DNA of 64,000 nucleotides, from assembly GCA_950097015.1 (NCBI GenBank), contig CATNEN010000039.1, positions 13,268,001-13,332,000 on the forward strand, written 5' to 3'. Below, piece by piece: positions 9,401-23,200 of this stretch; positions within the stretch are counted from its first letter, which is position 1, and every line of letters starts with the position of its first letter. This DNA is from Macrostomum hystrix (lineage: Eukaryota; Animalia; Platyhelminthes). The translations under genes and the position numbers were made by a program. Under the pieces are notes generated by a model, which saw only the letters and a program-made list of their open reading frames with translations, was not told the origin of the DNA and searched no databases.

Positions 9401-12400
9401 AGTATGCAATCTGGGGAATGTAGGATGTTTAGGGAGTATGCAATCTGGGGAATGTAGGATGTTTAGGGAGTATGCAATCTGGGGAATGCAGGATGTTTAG
9501 GGAGTATGCAATCTGGGGAATGCAGGATGTTTAGGGAGTATGCAATCTGGGGAATGTAGGATGTTTAGGGAGTATGCAATCTGGGGAATGTAGGATGTTT
9601 AGGGAGTATGCAATCTGGGGAATGCAGGATGTTTAGGGAGTATGCAATCTGGGGAATGTAGGATGTTTAGGGAGTATGCAATCTGGGGAATGTAGGATGT
9701 TTAGGGAGTATGCAATCTGGGGAATGTAGGATGTTTAGGGAGTATGCAATCTGGGGAATGCAGGATGTTTAGGGAGTATGCAATCTGGGGAATGTAGGAT
9801 GTTTAGGGAGTATGCAATCTGGGGAATGTAGGATGTTTAGGGAGTATGCAATCTGGGGAATGCAGGATGTTTAGGGAGTATGCAATCTGGGGAATGTAGG
9901 ATGTTTAGGGAGTATGCAATCTGGGGAATGTAGGATGTTTAGGGAGTATGCAATCTGGGGAATGTAGGATGTTTAGGGAGTATGCAATCTGGGGAATGTA
10001 GGATGTTTAGGGAGTATGCAATCTGGGGAATGTAGGATGTTTAGGGAGTATGCAATCTGGGGAATGTAGGATGTTTAGGGAGTATGCAATCTGGGGAATG
10101 CAGGATGTTTAGGGAGTATGCAATCTGGGGAATGCAGGATGTTTAGGGAGTATGCAATCTGGGGAATGTAGGATGTTTAGGGAGTATGCAATCTGGGGAA
10201 TGTAGGATGTTTAGGGAGTATGCAATCTTGGGAATGTAGGATGTTTAGGGAGTATGCAATCTGGGGAATGCAGGATGTTTAGGGAGTATGCAATCTGGGG
10301 AATGCAGGATGTTTAGGGAGTATGCAATCTGGGGAATGTAGGATGTTTAGGGAGTATGCAATCTGGGGAATGTAGGATGTTTAGGGAGTATGCAATCTGG
10401 GGAATGCAGGATGTTTAGGGAGTATGCAATCTGGGGAATGTAGGATGTTTAGGGAGTATGCAATCTGGGGAATGTAGGATGTTTAGGGAGTATGCAATCT
10501 GGGGAATGTAGGATGTTTAGGGATGCAATCTGGGGAATGCAGGATGTTTAGGGAGTATGCAATCTGGGGAATGTAGGATGTTTAGGGAGTATGCAATCTG
10601 GGGAATGTAGGATGTTTAGGGAGTATGCAATCTGGGGAATGTAGGATGTTTAGGGAGTATGCAATCTGGGGAATGCAGGATGTTTAGGGAGTATGCAATC
10701 TGGGGAATGCAGGATGTTTAGGGAGTATGCAATCTGGGGAATGCAGGATGTTTAGGGAGTATGCAATCTGGGGAATGTAGGATGTTTAGGGAGTATGCAA
10801 TCTGGGGAATGCAGGATGTTTAGGGAGTATGCAATCTGGGGAATGCAGGATGTTTAGGGAGTATGCAATCTGGGGAATGTAGGATGTTTAGGGAGTATGC
10901 AATCTGGGGAATGTAGGATGTTTAGGGAGTATGCAATCTGGGGAATGCAGGATGTTTAGGGAGTATGCAATCTGGGGAATGCAGGATGTTTAGGGAGTAT
11001 GCAATCTGGGGAATGTAGGATGTTTAGGGAGTATGCAATCTGGGGAATGTAGGATGTTTAGGGAGTATGCAATCTGGGGAATGCAGGATGTTTAGGGAGT
11101 ATGCAATCTGGGGAATGTAGGATGTTTAGGGAGTATGCAATCTGGGGAATGTAGGATGTTTAGGGAGTATGCAATCTGGGGAATGTAGGATGTTTAGGGA
11201 GTATGCAATCTGGGGAATGTAGGATGTTTAGGGAGTATGCAATCTGGGGAATGCAGGATGTTTAGGGAGTATGCAATCTGGGGAATGTAGGATGTTTAGG
11301 GAGTATGCAATCTGGGGAATGTAGGATGTTTAGGGAGTATGCAATCTGGGGAATGTAGGATGTTTAGGGAGTATGCAATCTGGGGAATGCAGGATGTTTA
11401 GGGAGTATGCAATCTGGGGAATGCAGGATGTTTAGGGAGTATGCAATCTGGGGAATGTAGGATGTTTAGGGAGTATGCAATCTGGGGAATGTAGGATGTT
11501 TAGGGAGTATGCAATCTGGGGAATGTAGGATGTTTAGGGAGTATGCAATCTGGGGAATGCAGGATGTTTAGGGAGTATGCAATCTGGGGAATGCAGGATG
11601 TTTAGGGAGTATGCAATCTGGGGAATGTAGGATGTTTAGGGAGTATGCAATCTGGGGAATGTAGGATGTTTAGGGAGTATGCAATCTGGGGAATGTAGGA
11701 TGTTTAGGGAGTATGCAATCTGGGGAATGTAGGATGTTTAGGGAGTATGCAATCTGGGGAAAGTAGGATGTTTAGGGAGTATGCAATCTGGGGAATGCAG
11801 GATGTTTAGGGAGTATGCAATCTGGGGAATGTAGGATGTTTAGGGAGTATGCAATCTGGGGAATGTAGGATGTTTAGGGAGTATGCAATCTGGGGAATGT
11901 AGGATGTTTAGGGAGTATGCAATCTGGGGAATGCAGGATGTTTAGGGAGTATGCAATCTGGGGAATGTAGGATGTTTAGGGAGTATGCAATCTGGGGAAT
12001 GTAGGATGTTTAGGGAGTATGCAATCTGGGGAATGTAGGATGTTTAGGGAGTATGCAATCTGGGGAATGCAGGATGTTTAGGGAGTATGCAATCTGGGGA
12101 ATGCAGGATGTTTAGGGAGTATGCAATCTGGGGAATGTAGGATGTTTAGGGAGTATGCAATCTGGGGAATGTAGGATGTTTAGGGAGTATGCAATCTGGG
12201 GAATGTAGGATGTTTAGGGAGTATGCAATCTGGGGAATGTAGGATGTTTAGGGAGTATGCAATCTGGGGAATGTAGGATGTTTAGGGAGTATGCAATCTG
12301 GGGAATGTAGGATGTTTAGGGAGTATGCAATCTGGGGAATGCAGGATGTTTAGGGAGTATGCAATCTGGGGAATGTAGGATGTTTAGGGAGTATGCAATC

Positions 12401-15062
12401 TGGGGAATGTAGGATGTTTAGGGAGTATGCAATCTGGGGAATGCAGGATGTTTAGGGAGTATGCAATCTGGGGAATGTAGGATGTTTAGGGAGTATGCAA
12501 TCTGGGGAATGTAGGATGTTTAGGGAGTATGCAATCTGGGGAATGTAGGATGATTAGGGAGTATGCAATCTGGGGAATGCAGGATGTTTAGGGAGTATGC
12601 AATCTGGGGAATGCAGGATGTTTAGGGAGTATGCAATCTGGGGAATGCAGGATGTTTAGGGAGTATGCAATCTGGGGAATGCAGGATGTTTAGGGAGTAT
12701 GCAATCTGGGGAATGTAGGATGTTTAGGGAGTATGCAATCTGGGGAATGTAGGATGTTTAGGGAGTATGCAATCTGGGGAATGCAGGATGTTTAGGGAGT
12801 ATGCAATCTGGGGAATGCAGGATGTTTAGGGAGTATGCAATCTGGGGAATGTAGGATGTTTAGGGAGTATGCAATCTGGGGAATGTAGGATGTTTAGGGA
12901 GTATGCAATCTGGGGAATGCAGGATGTTTAGGGAGTATGCAATCTGGGGAATGTAGGATGTTTAGGGAGTATGCAATCTGGGGAATGTAGGATGTTTAGG
13001 GAGTATGCAATCTGGGGAATGTAGGATGTTTAGGGAGTATGCAATCTGGGGAATGTAGGATGTTTAGGGAGTATGCAATCTGGGGAATGCAGGATGTTTA
13101 GGGAGTATGCAATCTGGGGAATGTAGGATGTTTAGGGAGTATGCAATCTGGGGAATGTAGGATGTTTAGGGAGTATGCAATCTGGGGAATGTAGGATGTT
13201 TAGGGAGTATGCAATCTGGGGAATGCAGGATGTTTAGGGAGTATGCAATCTGGGGAATGCAGGATGTTTAGGGAGTATGCAATCTGGGGAATGTAGGATG
13301 TTTAGGGAGTATGCAATCTGGGGAATGTAGGATGTTTAGGGAGTATGCAATCTGGGGAATGTAGGATGTTTAGGGAGTATGCAATCTGGGGAATGCAGGA
13401 TGTTTAGGGAGTATGCAATCTGGGGAATGCAGGATGTTTAGGGAGTATGCAATCTGGGGAATGTAGGATGTTTAGGGAGTATGCAATCTGGGGAATGTAG
13501 GATGTTTAGGGAGTATGCAATCTGGGGAATGTAGGATGTTTAGGGAGTATGCAATCTGGGGAATGTAGGATGTTTAGGGAGTATGCAATCTGGGGAAAGT
13601 AGGATGTTTAGGGAGTATGCAATCTGGGGAATGCAGGATGTTTAGGGAGTATGCAATCTGGGGAATGTAGGATGTTTAGGGAGTATGCAATCTGGGGAAT
13701 GTAGGATGTTTAGGGAGTATGCAATCTGGGGAATGTAGGATGTTTAGGGAGTATGCAATCTGGGGAATGCAGGATGTTTAGGGAGTATGCAATCTGGGGA
13801 ATGTAGGATGTTTAGGGAGTATGCAATCTGGGGAATGTAGGATGTTTAGGGAGTATGCAATCTGGGGAATGTAGGATGTTTAGGGAGTATGCAATCTGGG
13901 GAATGCAGGATGTTTAGGGAGTATGCAATCTGGGGAATGCAGGATGTTTAGGGAGTATGCAATCTGGGGAATGTAGGATGTTTAGTGAGTATGCAATCTG
14001 GGGAATGTAGGATGTTTAGGGAGTATGCAATCTGGGGAATGTAGGATGTTTAGGGAGTATGCAATCTGGGGAATGCAGGATGTTTAGGGAGTATGCAATC
14101 TGGGGAATGCAGGATGTTTAGGGAGTATGCAATCTGGGGAATGCAGGATGTTTAGGGAGTATGCAATCTGGGGAATGTAGGATGTTTAGGGAGTATGCAA
14201 TCTGGGGAATGCAGGATGTTTAGGGAGTATGCAATCTGGGGAATGTAGGATGTTTAGGGAGTATGCAATCTGGGGAATGCAGGATGTTTAGGGAGTATGC
14301 AATCTGGGGAATGCAGGATGTTTAGGGAGTATGCAATCTGGGGAATGCAGGATGTTTAGGGAGTATGCAATCTGGGGAATGTAGGATGTTTAGGGAGTAT
14401 GCAATCTGGGGAATGCAGGATGTTTAGGGAGTATGCAATCTGGGGAATGTAGGATGTTTAGGGAGTATGCAATCTGGGGAATGTAGGATGTTTAGGGAGT
14501 ATGCAATCTGGGGAATGCAGGATGTTTAGGGAGTATGCAATCTGGGGAATGCAGGATGTTTAGGGAGTATGCAATCTGGGGAATGTAGGATGTTTAGGGA
14601 GTATGCAATCTGGGGAATGTAGGATGTTTAGGGAGTATGCAATCTGGGGAATGTAGGATGTTTAGGGAGTATGCAATCTGGGGAATGCAGGATGTTTAGG
14701 GAGTATGCAATCTGGGGAATGCAGGATGTTTAGGGAGTATGCAATCTGGGGAATGTAGGATGTTTAGGGAGTATGTAATCTGGGGAATGCAGGATGTTTA
14801 GGGAGTATGTGGTCTGGGGAATGCAGGATGTTTAGGGAGTATGCAATCTGGGGAATGCAGGATGTTTAGGGAGTATGCAATCTGGGGAATGTAGCATGTT
14901 TAGGGAGTATGCAATCTGGGGAATGTAGGATGTTTAGGGAGTATGTAATCCGGGGAATGTAGGATGTTTAGGGAGTATGTAATCTGGGGAATGTAGGATG
15001 TTTAGGGAGTATGTAATCTGGGGAATGCAGGATGTTTAGGGAGTATGTGGTCTGGGAATGTA
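6440..15062. repeat. 34-bp G-rich minisatellite GGGAGTATGCAATCTGGGGAATG(T/C)AGGATGTTTA, about 250 copies
   Basis: Period 34 measured (6481 to 6515). Very homogeneous core with degenerate edges. Confidence 0.98.
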
Positions 15063-15560
15063 AGATATATAGAAAGTGAAGAAGCCCAGGGACTGCATGT
15101 ATAGATAGGAGTAGAAATGTCTGTTTCCGGGCATGACACCAGTCGCCACATGACTAGCTAAGGGCAAACGAGAGTTGAGCTAAAAGCAGCACAACTAAGA
15201 GCAGGCATTCAACGAAATGACAGTCTCCAATCCGTACTCATAACTGGATTAGCTGTGTCTGCATGCTCAATACTCAGTGTCTGCCTTTGATATCCACAAG
15301 CCCACGCAAAAAATGTGACCTCGAAGTTTCGACGCGAAACTTTGTCAATCCACTCAGCCAAATGAATACTTTTCTCTTCGCCCTGCTCGGCAGTGCGTCA
15401 CATTCTCAGTGTCTGCAATTTTGACTAACTGCTCGTGGGATAAGAATTGGAATGAAAGTTCTACTGGAATAAATAAAAGTAGATTGTAGCTTTTCTGCAC
15501 TAAAACTCAAATTTAATTTCATTCCGCGTTTGAGAAAAAAACTCTGTATTGGATTAAGAC

Positions 15561-16647
15561 CTGTGAATCAGAATGGGATCTGTGAATCCGAATGGGATCT
15601 GTGAATCTGAATGGAATCTGCGAATCAGAATGGGATTAGTGAATCAGAATGGGATCTGTGAATCAGAATAGGATCTGTCAATCTGAATGGAATCTGCGAA
15701 TCAGAATGGAATCTGTTAATCAGAGTGAGATCTGCGAATCAGAATGGAATCTGTCAATCTGAATGGAATCTGCGAATCAGAATGGAATCTGTCAATCTGA
15801 ATGGAATCTGCGAATCAGAATGGAATCTGTCAATCTGAATGGAATCTGCGAATCAGAATGGAATCTGTAATTCAGAATGGAATGCGTGAATCAGAATGGG
15901 ATCTGTGAATCAGAATGGGATGCGTGAATCAGAATGGGATGCGTGAAACAGAATGGGATGCGTGAATCAGAATGGGATGCGTGAAACAGAATGGGATGCG
16001 TGAATCAGAATAAGATCTGTGAATCAGAATGGGATGCGTGAATCAGAATAAGATCTGTGAATCAGAATGGGATCTTTAAATCAGAATGGGATGCGTGAAT
16101 TAGAATGTGATTTGTAAATTAGAATGGGATCTGTGAATCAGAATAGGATGCGCGAATTAGAATGGGATTTGTGAATCAGAATGATATTTGTGAATCAGAA
16201 TGGGATCTGTGAATCAGAATGGGATCTGTGAATCAGAATGGGATCTGTGAATCAGAATTGGATGCGTGAATCAGAATGAAATCTGTGAATCAGAGTGAGA
16301 TCTGTGAATCAGAATGGAATGCATGAATCAGAATGGGATGCGTGAAACAGAATGGGATCTGTGAATCAGAATGGGATCTGTGATTCAGAATGGGATGCGT
16401 GAATCAGAATTAGATGCGTAAAACAGAATGGGATGCGTGAATCAGAATGGGATACGTGAAACAGAATGGGATGCGTGAATCAGAATGAGATCTGTGAATC
16501 AGAATGTGATTTGTAAATTAGAATGGGATTTGTGAATCAGAATGGGATCTGTGATTTAGAATGGGATCTGTGAATCAGAATGGGATCTGTGAATCAGAAT
16601 GGGATCTGTGAATCAGAATGGGATCTGTGAATCAGAATGGGATTTGT
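15561..16647. repeat. 19-bp minisatellite array
   Basis: Tandem GAATCAGAATGGGAT(CT/GC)GT units. Confidence 0.95.
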
Positions 16648-17219
16648 GGACCGGATTATGATTGTATGTGTAATTATCTGAGTCTGCAATTAGCCTTACA
16701 ATGAAATCGTCTGGGAATTAGATTGCTACCTGAAAACATGTAAGAAGAAAAGTATTTTTATGTACGATATAAGTTCCATTTCGGCGGTTTGCGCACTCGC
16801 TACTGTAAGTAGTGACAAGAAGCTAATGAAAAAATCCAGGTTTTGAATGAAATAAAAGCATGCATAAATATTCATTTTGATATATTTTTCTTTAAAAAAC
16901 TGATGCTTATCGAACAAATGGCAAATAGAGACAAACAAATAAAAACAAGGTTTGATATCTAGGAAGCCACAGCTGAGCATTATGACAGATAAGAGATTAG
17001 CGAAAACGAAATGTTTAATATTCGATTGCCATCTTTATAAGGAAGACTTCAACCACAAAAACAAATTGTGCATACAAAGTAGGTCAAAGTATCGAAAGCA
17101 ACATATACAATAAAAGGGCAAAACAAAATACTATATAACTCTGCTACATTTATAACAAAAAGTCTGCTTATTACTCGATGCAAGCCTAACAGTAAATACA
17201 CGTCAAATATGTGACCAAT

Positions 17220-20200
17220 GTCTAACAGGTGATCAGTGTCTAACAGGTGATCAGTGCCTTACACGTTGTGTCTGTCTAACAGGTGATCAGTGTCTAACAG
17301 GTGATCAGTGTCTAACAGGTGATCAGTGTCTAACAGGTGATCAGTGTCTAACAGGTGATCAGTGTCTAACAGGTGATCAGTGTCTAACAAGTGATCAGTG
17401 TCTAACAGGTGATCAGTGTCTAACAGGTGACAGTGTCTCACAGGTGATCGATCAGTGTCTAACAGGTGATCAGTGTCTAACAGGTGATCAATGTCTAACA
17501 GGTTATCAGTGTCTAACAGGTGATCAGTGTCTAACAGGTGATCAGTGTCTAACAGGTTATCAGTGTCTAACAGGTGATCAATATCTAACAGGTGATCAGC
17601 GTCTAACAGGTGATCAGTGTCTAACAGGTGATCAGTGTCTAACAGGTGATCAGTGTCTAACAGGTGATCAGTGTCTAACAGGTGATCAGTGTCTAAAAGG
17701 TGATCAGTGTCTTACAGGTGATCGATCAGTGTCTAACAGGTGATCATTGTCTAACAGATGATCAGTGTCTAACAGGTGATCAATGTCTAACAGGTGATCA
17801 GAGTCTAACAGGTGATCAATGTCAAATACGTTGCGTCTGTCTAACAGGTGATCAGTGCCTAACAGGTGATCATTGTCTAACAGGTGATCAGTGTCTAACA
17901 GATGATCAATGTCTAACAGGTGATCAGTGTCTAACAGGTGATCAGTTTCTAACAGGTCATCAGTGTCTAACAGGTGATCAGTGTCTAACAGATGATCAAT
18001 ATCTAACAGGTGATCAGTGTCTAATGGATGATCAGTGTCTAACAGGTGATTAGTGTCTAACAGGTGATCAGTGTCTAACAGGTGATCAGTGTCTAACAAG
18101 TGATCAGTGTCTAACAGGTGATCAGTGTCTAACAGGTGATCAATGTCTAACAGGTGATCTATATCTAACAGGTGATCAGTGTCTAACAGGTGATCAGTGC
18201 CTAACAGGTGATCAGTGTCTAACAAGTGATCAGTGTCTAACAGGTGATCAGTGTCTAACAAGTGATCAGGGTCTAACAGGTGATCAGTGTCTAACAGGTG
18301 ATCAATATCTAACAGGTGATCAGCGTCTAACAGGTGATCAGTGTCTAACAGGTGATCAATGTCTAACAGGTGATCAGTGTCTAACAGGAGATCAGTGTCT
18401 AACAGGTGATCAGTGTCTAACAGGTGATCAGTGTCTAACAGGTGATCAGTGTCTAACAGGTGATCAGTGTCTAACAGGTGATCAGTGTCAAAAAGGTGAT
18501 CAGTGTCTTACAGGTGATCGATCAGTGTCTAACAGGTGATCATTGTCTAACAGGTGATCAGTGTCTAACAGGTGATCAATGTCTAACAGGTGATCAGAGT
18601 CTAACAGGTGATCAATGTCAAATACTTTGCGTCTGTCTAACAGGTGATCAGTGTCTAACAGGTGATCAGTGTCTAAACAGGTGATCAGTGTCTAACAGGT
18701 GATCAGTGTCTAACAGGTGATCATTGTCTAACAGGTGATCAGTGTCTAACAGATGATCAATGTCTAACAGGTGATCAGTGTCTAACAGGTGATCAGTTTC
18801 TAACAGGTCATCAGTGTCTAACAGGTGATCAGTGTCTAACAGATGATCAATATCTAACAGGTGATCAGTGTCTAACAGATGATCAGTGTCTAACAGGTGA
18901 TTAGTGTCTAACAGGTGATTAGTGTCTAACAGATGATCAATGTCTAACAGGTGATCAGTGTCTAACAGATGATCAATGTCTAACAGGTGATTAATGTCTA
19001 ACAGGTGATCAGTATCTAAAAGGTGATCAGTGTCTAACAGGTTATTAATGTCTAACAGGTGATCAGTGTCTAACAGATGATCAATGTCTAACAGGTGATC
19101 AGTGTCTAACAGGTGATCAGTGTCTAACAATTGTGATCAGTGTCTAACAGGTGATCGATCAGTGACTAACAGGTGATCAGTGTCTAACAGGTGATCAGTG
19201 TCTAACAGGTGATCAGTGTCTATAAGTTCTAATAGTTCTATAGTGTCACCTGTCAAACAGATGATCAATGTCTAACAGGTGATCAGTGTCTAACAGGTGA
19301 TCAGTGTCTAACAGGTGATCAGTGTCTAACAGGTGATCAATGTCTAACAGGTGATCTATATCTAACAGGTGATCAGTGTCTAACAGGTGATCAATGTCTA
19401 ACAGGTGATCTATATCTAACAGGTGATCAGTGTCTAACAAGTGATCAGTGTCTAACAGGTGATCAATATCTAACAGGTGATTAGTGCCTAACAGGTGATC
19501 AGTGTCTAACAAGTGATCAGTGTCTAACAAGTGATCAGTGTCTAACAGGTGATCAGTGTCTAACAGGTGATCAGTGTCTAACAGGTGATCAGTGTCTAAC
19601 AGGTGATCAGTGTCTAACAGGTGATCAGTGTCTAAAAGGTGATCAGTGTCTTACAGGTGATCGATCAGTGTCTAACAGGTGATCATTGTCTAACAGGTGA
19701 TCAGTGTCTAACAGGTGATCAATGTCTAACAGGTGATCAGAGTCTAACAGGTGATCAATGTCAAATACGTTGCGTCTGTCTAACAGGTGATCAGTGCCTA
19801 ACAGGTGATCAGTGTCTAACAGGTGATCAGTGTCTAACAGGTGATCAGTGTCTAACAGGTGATCATTGTCTAACAGGTGATCAGTGTCTATCAGATGATC
19901 AATGTCTAACAGGTGATCAGTGTCTAACAGGTGATCAGTTTCTAACAGGTCATCAGTGTCTAACAGGTGATCAATGTCTAACAGATGATCAATATCTAAC
20001 AGGTGATCAGTGTCTAACAGATGATCAGTGTCTAACAGGTGATTAGTGTCTAACAGGTGATCAGTGTCTAACAGGTGATCAGTGTCTAACAAGTGATCAG
20101 TGTCTAACAGGTGATCAGTGTCTAACAGGTGATCAATATCTAACAGGTGATCAGTGTCTAACAGGTGATCAGTGCCTAACAGGTGATCAGTGTCTAACAA

Positions 20201-23200
20201 GTGATCAGTGTCTAACAGGTGATCAGTGTCTAACAAGTGATCAGTGTCTAACAGGTGATCAGTGTCTAACAGGTGATCAATATCTAACAGGTGATCAGCG
20301 TCTAACAGGTGATCAGTGTCTAACAGGTGATCAATGTCTAACAGGTGATCAGTGTCTAACAGGTGATCAGTGTCTAACAGGTGATCAGTGTCTAACAGGT
20401 GATCAGTGTCTAACAGGTGATCAGTGTCTAACAGGTGATCAGTGTCTAACAGGTGATCAGTGTCTAACAGGTGATCAGTGTCAAAAAGGTGATCAGTGTC
20501 TTACAGGTGATCGATCAGTGTCTAACAGGTGATCATTGTCTAACAGGTGATCAGTGTCTAACAGGTGATCAATGTCTAACAGGTGATCAGAGTCTAACAG
20601 GTGATCAATGTCAAATACTTTGCGTCTGTCTAACAGGTGATCAGTGTCTAACAGGTGATCAGTGTCTAACAGGTGATCAGTGTCTAACAGGTGATCAGTG
20701 TCTAACAGGTGATCATTGTCTAACAGGTGATCAGTGTCTAACAGATGATCAGTGTCTAACAGGTGATTAGTGTCTAACAGGTGATTAGTGTCTAACAGAT
20801 GATCAATGTCTAACAGGTGATCAGTGTCTAACAGATGATCAATGTCTAACAGGTGATTAATGTCTAACAGGTGATCAGTATCTAAAAGGTGATCAGTGTC
20901 TAACAGGTAATTAATGTCTAACAGGTGATCAGTGTCTAACAGATGATCAATGTCTAACAGGTGATCAGTGTCTAACAGGTGATCAGTGTCTAACAATTGT
21001 GATCAGTGTCTAACAGGTGATCGATCAGTGACTAACAGGTGATCAGTGTCTAACAGGTGATCAGTGTCTAACAGGTGATCAGTGTCTATAAGTTCTAATA
21101 GTTCTATAGTGTCACCTGTCAAACAGATGATCAATGTCTAACAGGTGATCAGTGTCTAACAGGTGATCAGTGTCTAACAGGTGATCAGTGTCTAACAGGT
21201 GATCAATGTCTAACAGGTGATCTATATCTAACAGGTGATCAGTGTCTAACAGGTGATCAATGTCTAACAGGTGATCTATATCTAACAGGTGATCAGTGTC
21301 TAACAAGTGATCAGTGTCTAACAGGTGATCAATATCTAACAGGTGATTAGTGCCTAACAGGTGATCAGTGTCTAACAAGTGATCAGTGTCTAACAAGTGA
21401 TCAGTGTCTAACAGGTGATCAGTGTCTAACAGGTGATCAGTGTCTAACAGGTGATCAGTGTCTAACAGGTGATCAGTGTCTAACAGGTGATCAGTGTCTA
21501 AAAGGTGATCAGTGTCTTACAGGTGATCGATCAGTGTCTAACAGGTGATCATTGTCTAACAGGTGATCAGTGTCTAACAGGTGATCAATGTCTAACAGGT
21601 GATCAGAGTCTAACAGGTGATCAATGTCAAATACGTTGCGTCTGTCTAACAGGTGATCAGTGCCTAACAGGTGATCAGTGTCTAACAGGTGATCAGTGTC
21701 TAACAGGTGATCAGTGTCTAACAGGTGATCATTGTCTAACAGGTGATCAGTGTCTAACAGATGATCAATGTCTAACAGGTGATCAGTGTCTAACAGGTGA
21801 TCAGTTTCTAACAGGTCATCAGTGTCTAACAGGTGATCAATGTCTAACAGATGATCAATATCTAACAGGTGATCAGTGTCTAACAGATGATCAGTGTCTA
21901 ACAGGTGATTAGTGTCTAACAGGTGATCAGTGTCTAACAGGTGATCAGTGTCTAACAAGTGATCAGTGTCTAACAGGTGATCAGTGTCTAACAGGTGATC
22001 AATATCTAACAGGTGATCAGCGTCTAACAGGTGATCAGTGCCTAACAGGTGATCAGTGTCTAACAAGTGATCAGTGTCTAACAGGTGATCAGTGTCTAAC
22101 AAGTGATCAGTGTCTAACAGGTGATCAGTGTCTAACAAGTGATCAGTGTCTAACAGGTGATCAGTGTCTAACAGGTGATCAATATCTAACAGGTGATCAG
22201 CGTCTAACAGGTGATCAGTGCCTAACAGGTGATCAGTGTCTAACAGGTGATCAATGTCTAACAGGTGATCAGTGTCTAACAGGTGATCAGTGTCTAACAG
22301 GTGATCAGTGTCTAACAGGTGATCAGTGTCTAACAGGTGATCAGTGTCTAACAGGTGATCAGTGTCTAACAGGTGATCAGTGTCTAAAAGGTGATCAGTG
22401 TCTTACAGGTGATCGATCAGTGTCTAACAGGTGATCATTGTCTAACAGGTGATCAGTGTCTAACAGGTGATCAATGTCTAACAGGTGATCTATATCTAAC
22501 AGGTGATCAGTGTCTAACAGGTGATCAATGTCTAACAGGTGATCAATATCTAACAGGTGATCAGCGTCTAACAGGTGATCAGTGCCTAACAGGTGATCAG
22601 TGTCTAACAGGTGATCAATGTCTAACAGGTGATCAGTGTCTAACAGGTGATCAGTGTCTAACAGGTGATCAGTGTCTAACAGGTGATCAGTGTCTAACCG
22701 GTGATCAGTGTCTAACAGGTGATCAGTGTCTAACAGGTGATGAGTGTCTAAAAGGTGATCAGTGTCTTACAGGTGATCGATCAGTGTCTAACAGGTGATC
22801 ATTGTCTAACAGGTGATCAGTGTCTAACAGGTGATCAATGTCTAACAGGTGATCAGAGTCTAACAGGTGATCAATGTCAAATACGTTGCGTCTGTCTAAC
22901 AGGTGATCAGTGTCTAACAGGTGATCAGTGTCTAACAGGTGATCAGTGTCTAACAGGTGATCAGTGTCTAACAGGTGATCATTGTCTAACAGGTGATCAG
23001 TGTCTAACAGATGATCAATGTCTAACAGGTGATCAGTGTCTAACAGGTGATCAGTTTCTAACAGGTCATCAGTGTCTAACAGGTGATCAGTGTCTAACAG
23101 ATGATCAATATCTAACAGGTGATCAGTGTCTAACAGATGATCAGTGTCTAACAGGTGATTAGTGTCTAACAGGTGATTAGTGTCTAACAGGTGATCAATG

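Larger units (their letters stand above)
1..15560. other. Segmental duplication unit 1 (long form, includes the 5818-15560 segment)
   Basis: Unique blocks 231-800, 1850-2555 and 3269-4900 are near-identical to those in the other units. Confidence 0.9.

Noticed and set aside
6440-15062. CRISPR array or true telomere
   Set aside because: No unique spacers or cas genes and the context is eukaryotic. TTAGGG occurs once per 34-mer rather than in tandem.
15362-15424. Short plus-strand ORF MNTFLFALLGSASHSQCLQF resembling a signal-peptide exon
   Set aside because: Only 20 codons, a weak hydrophobic core, no good donor site and no downstream exons.
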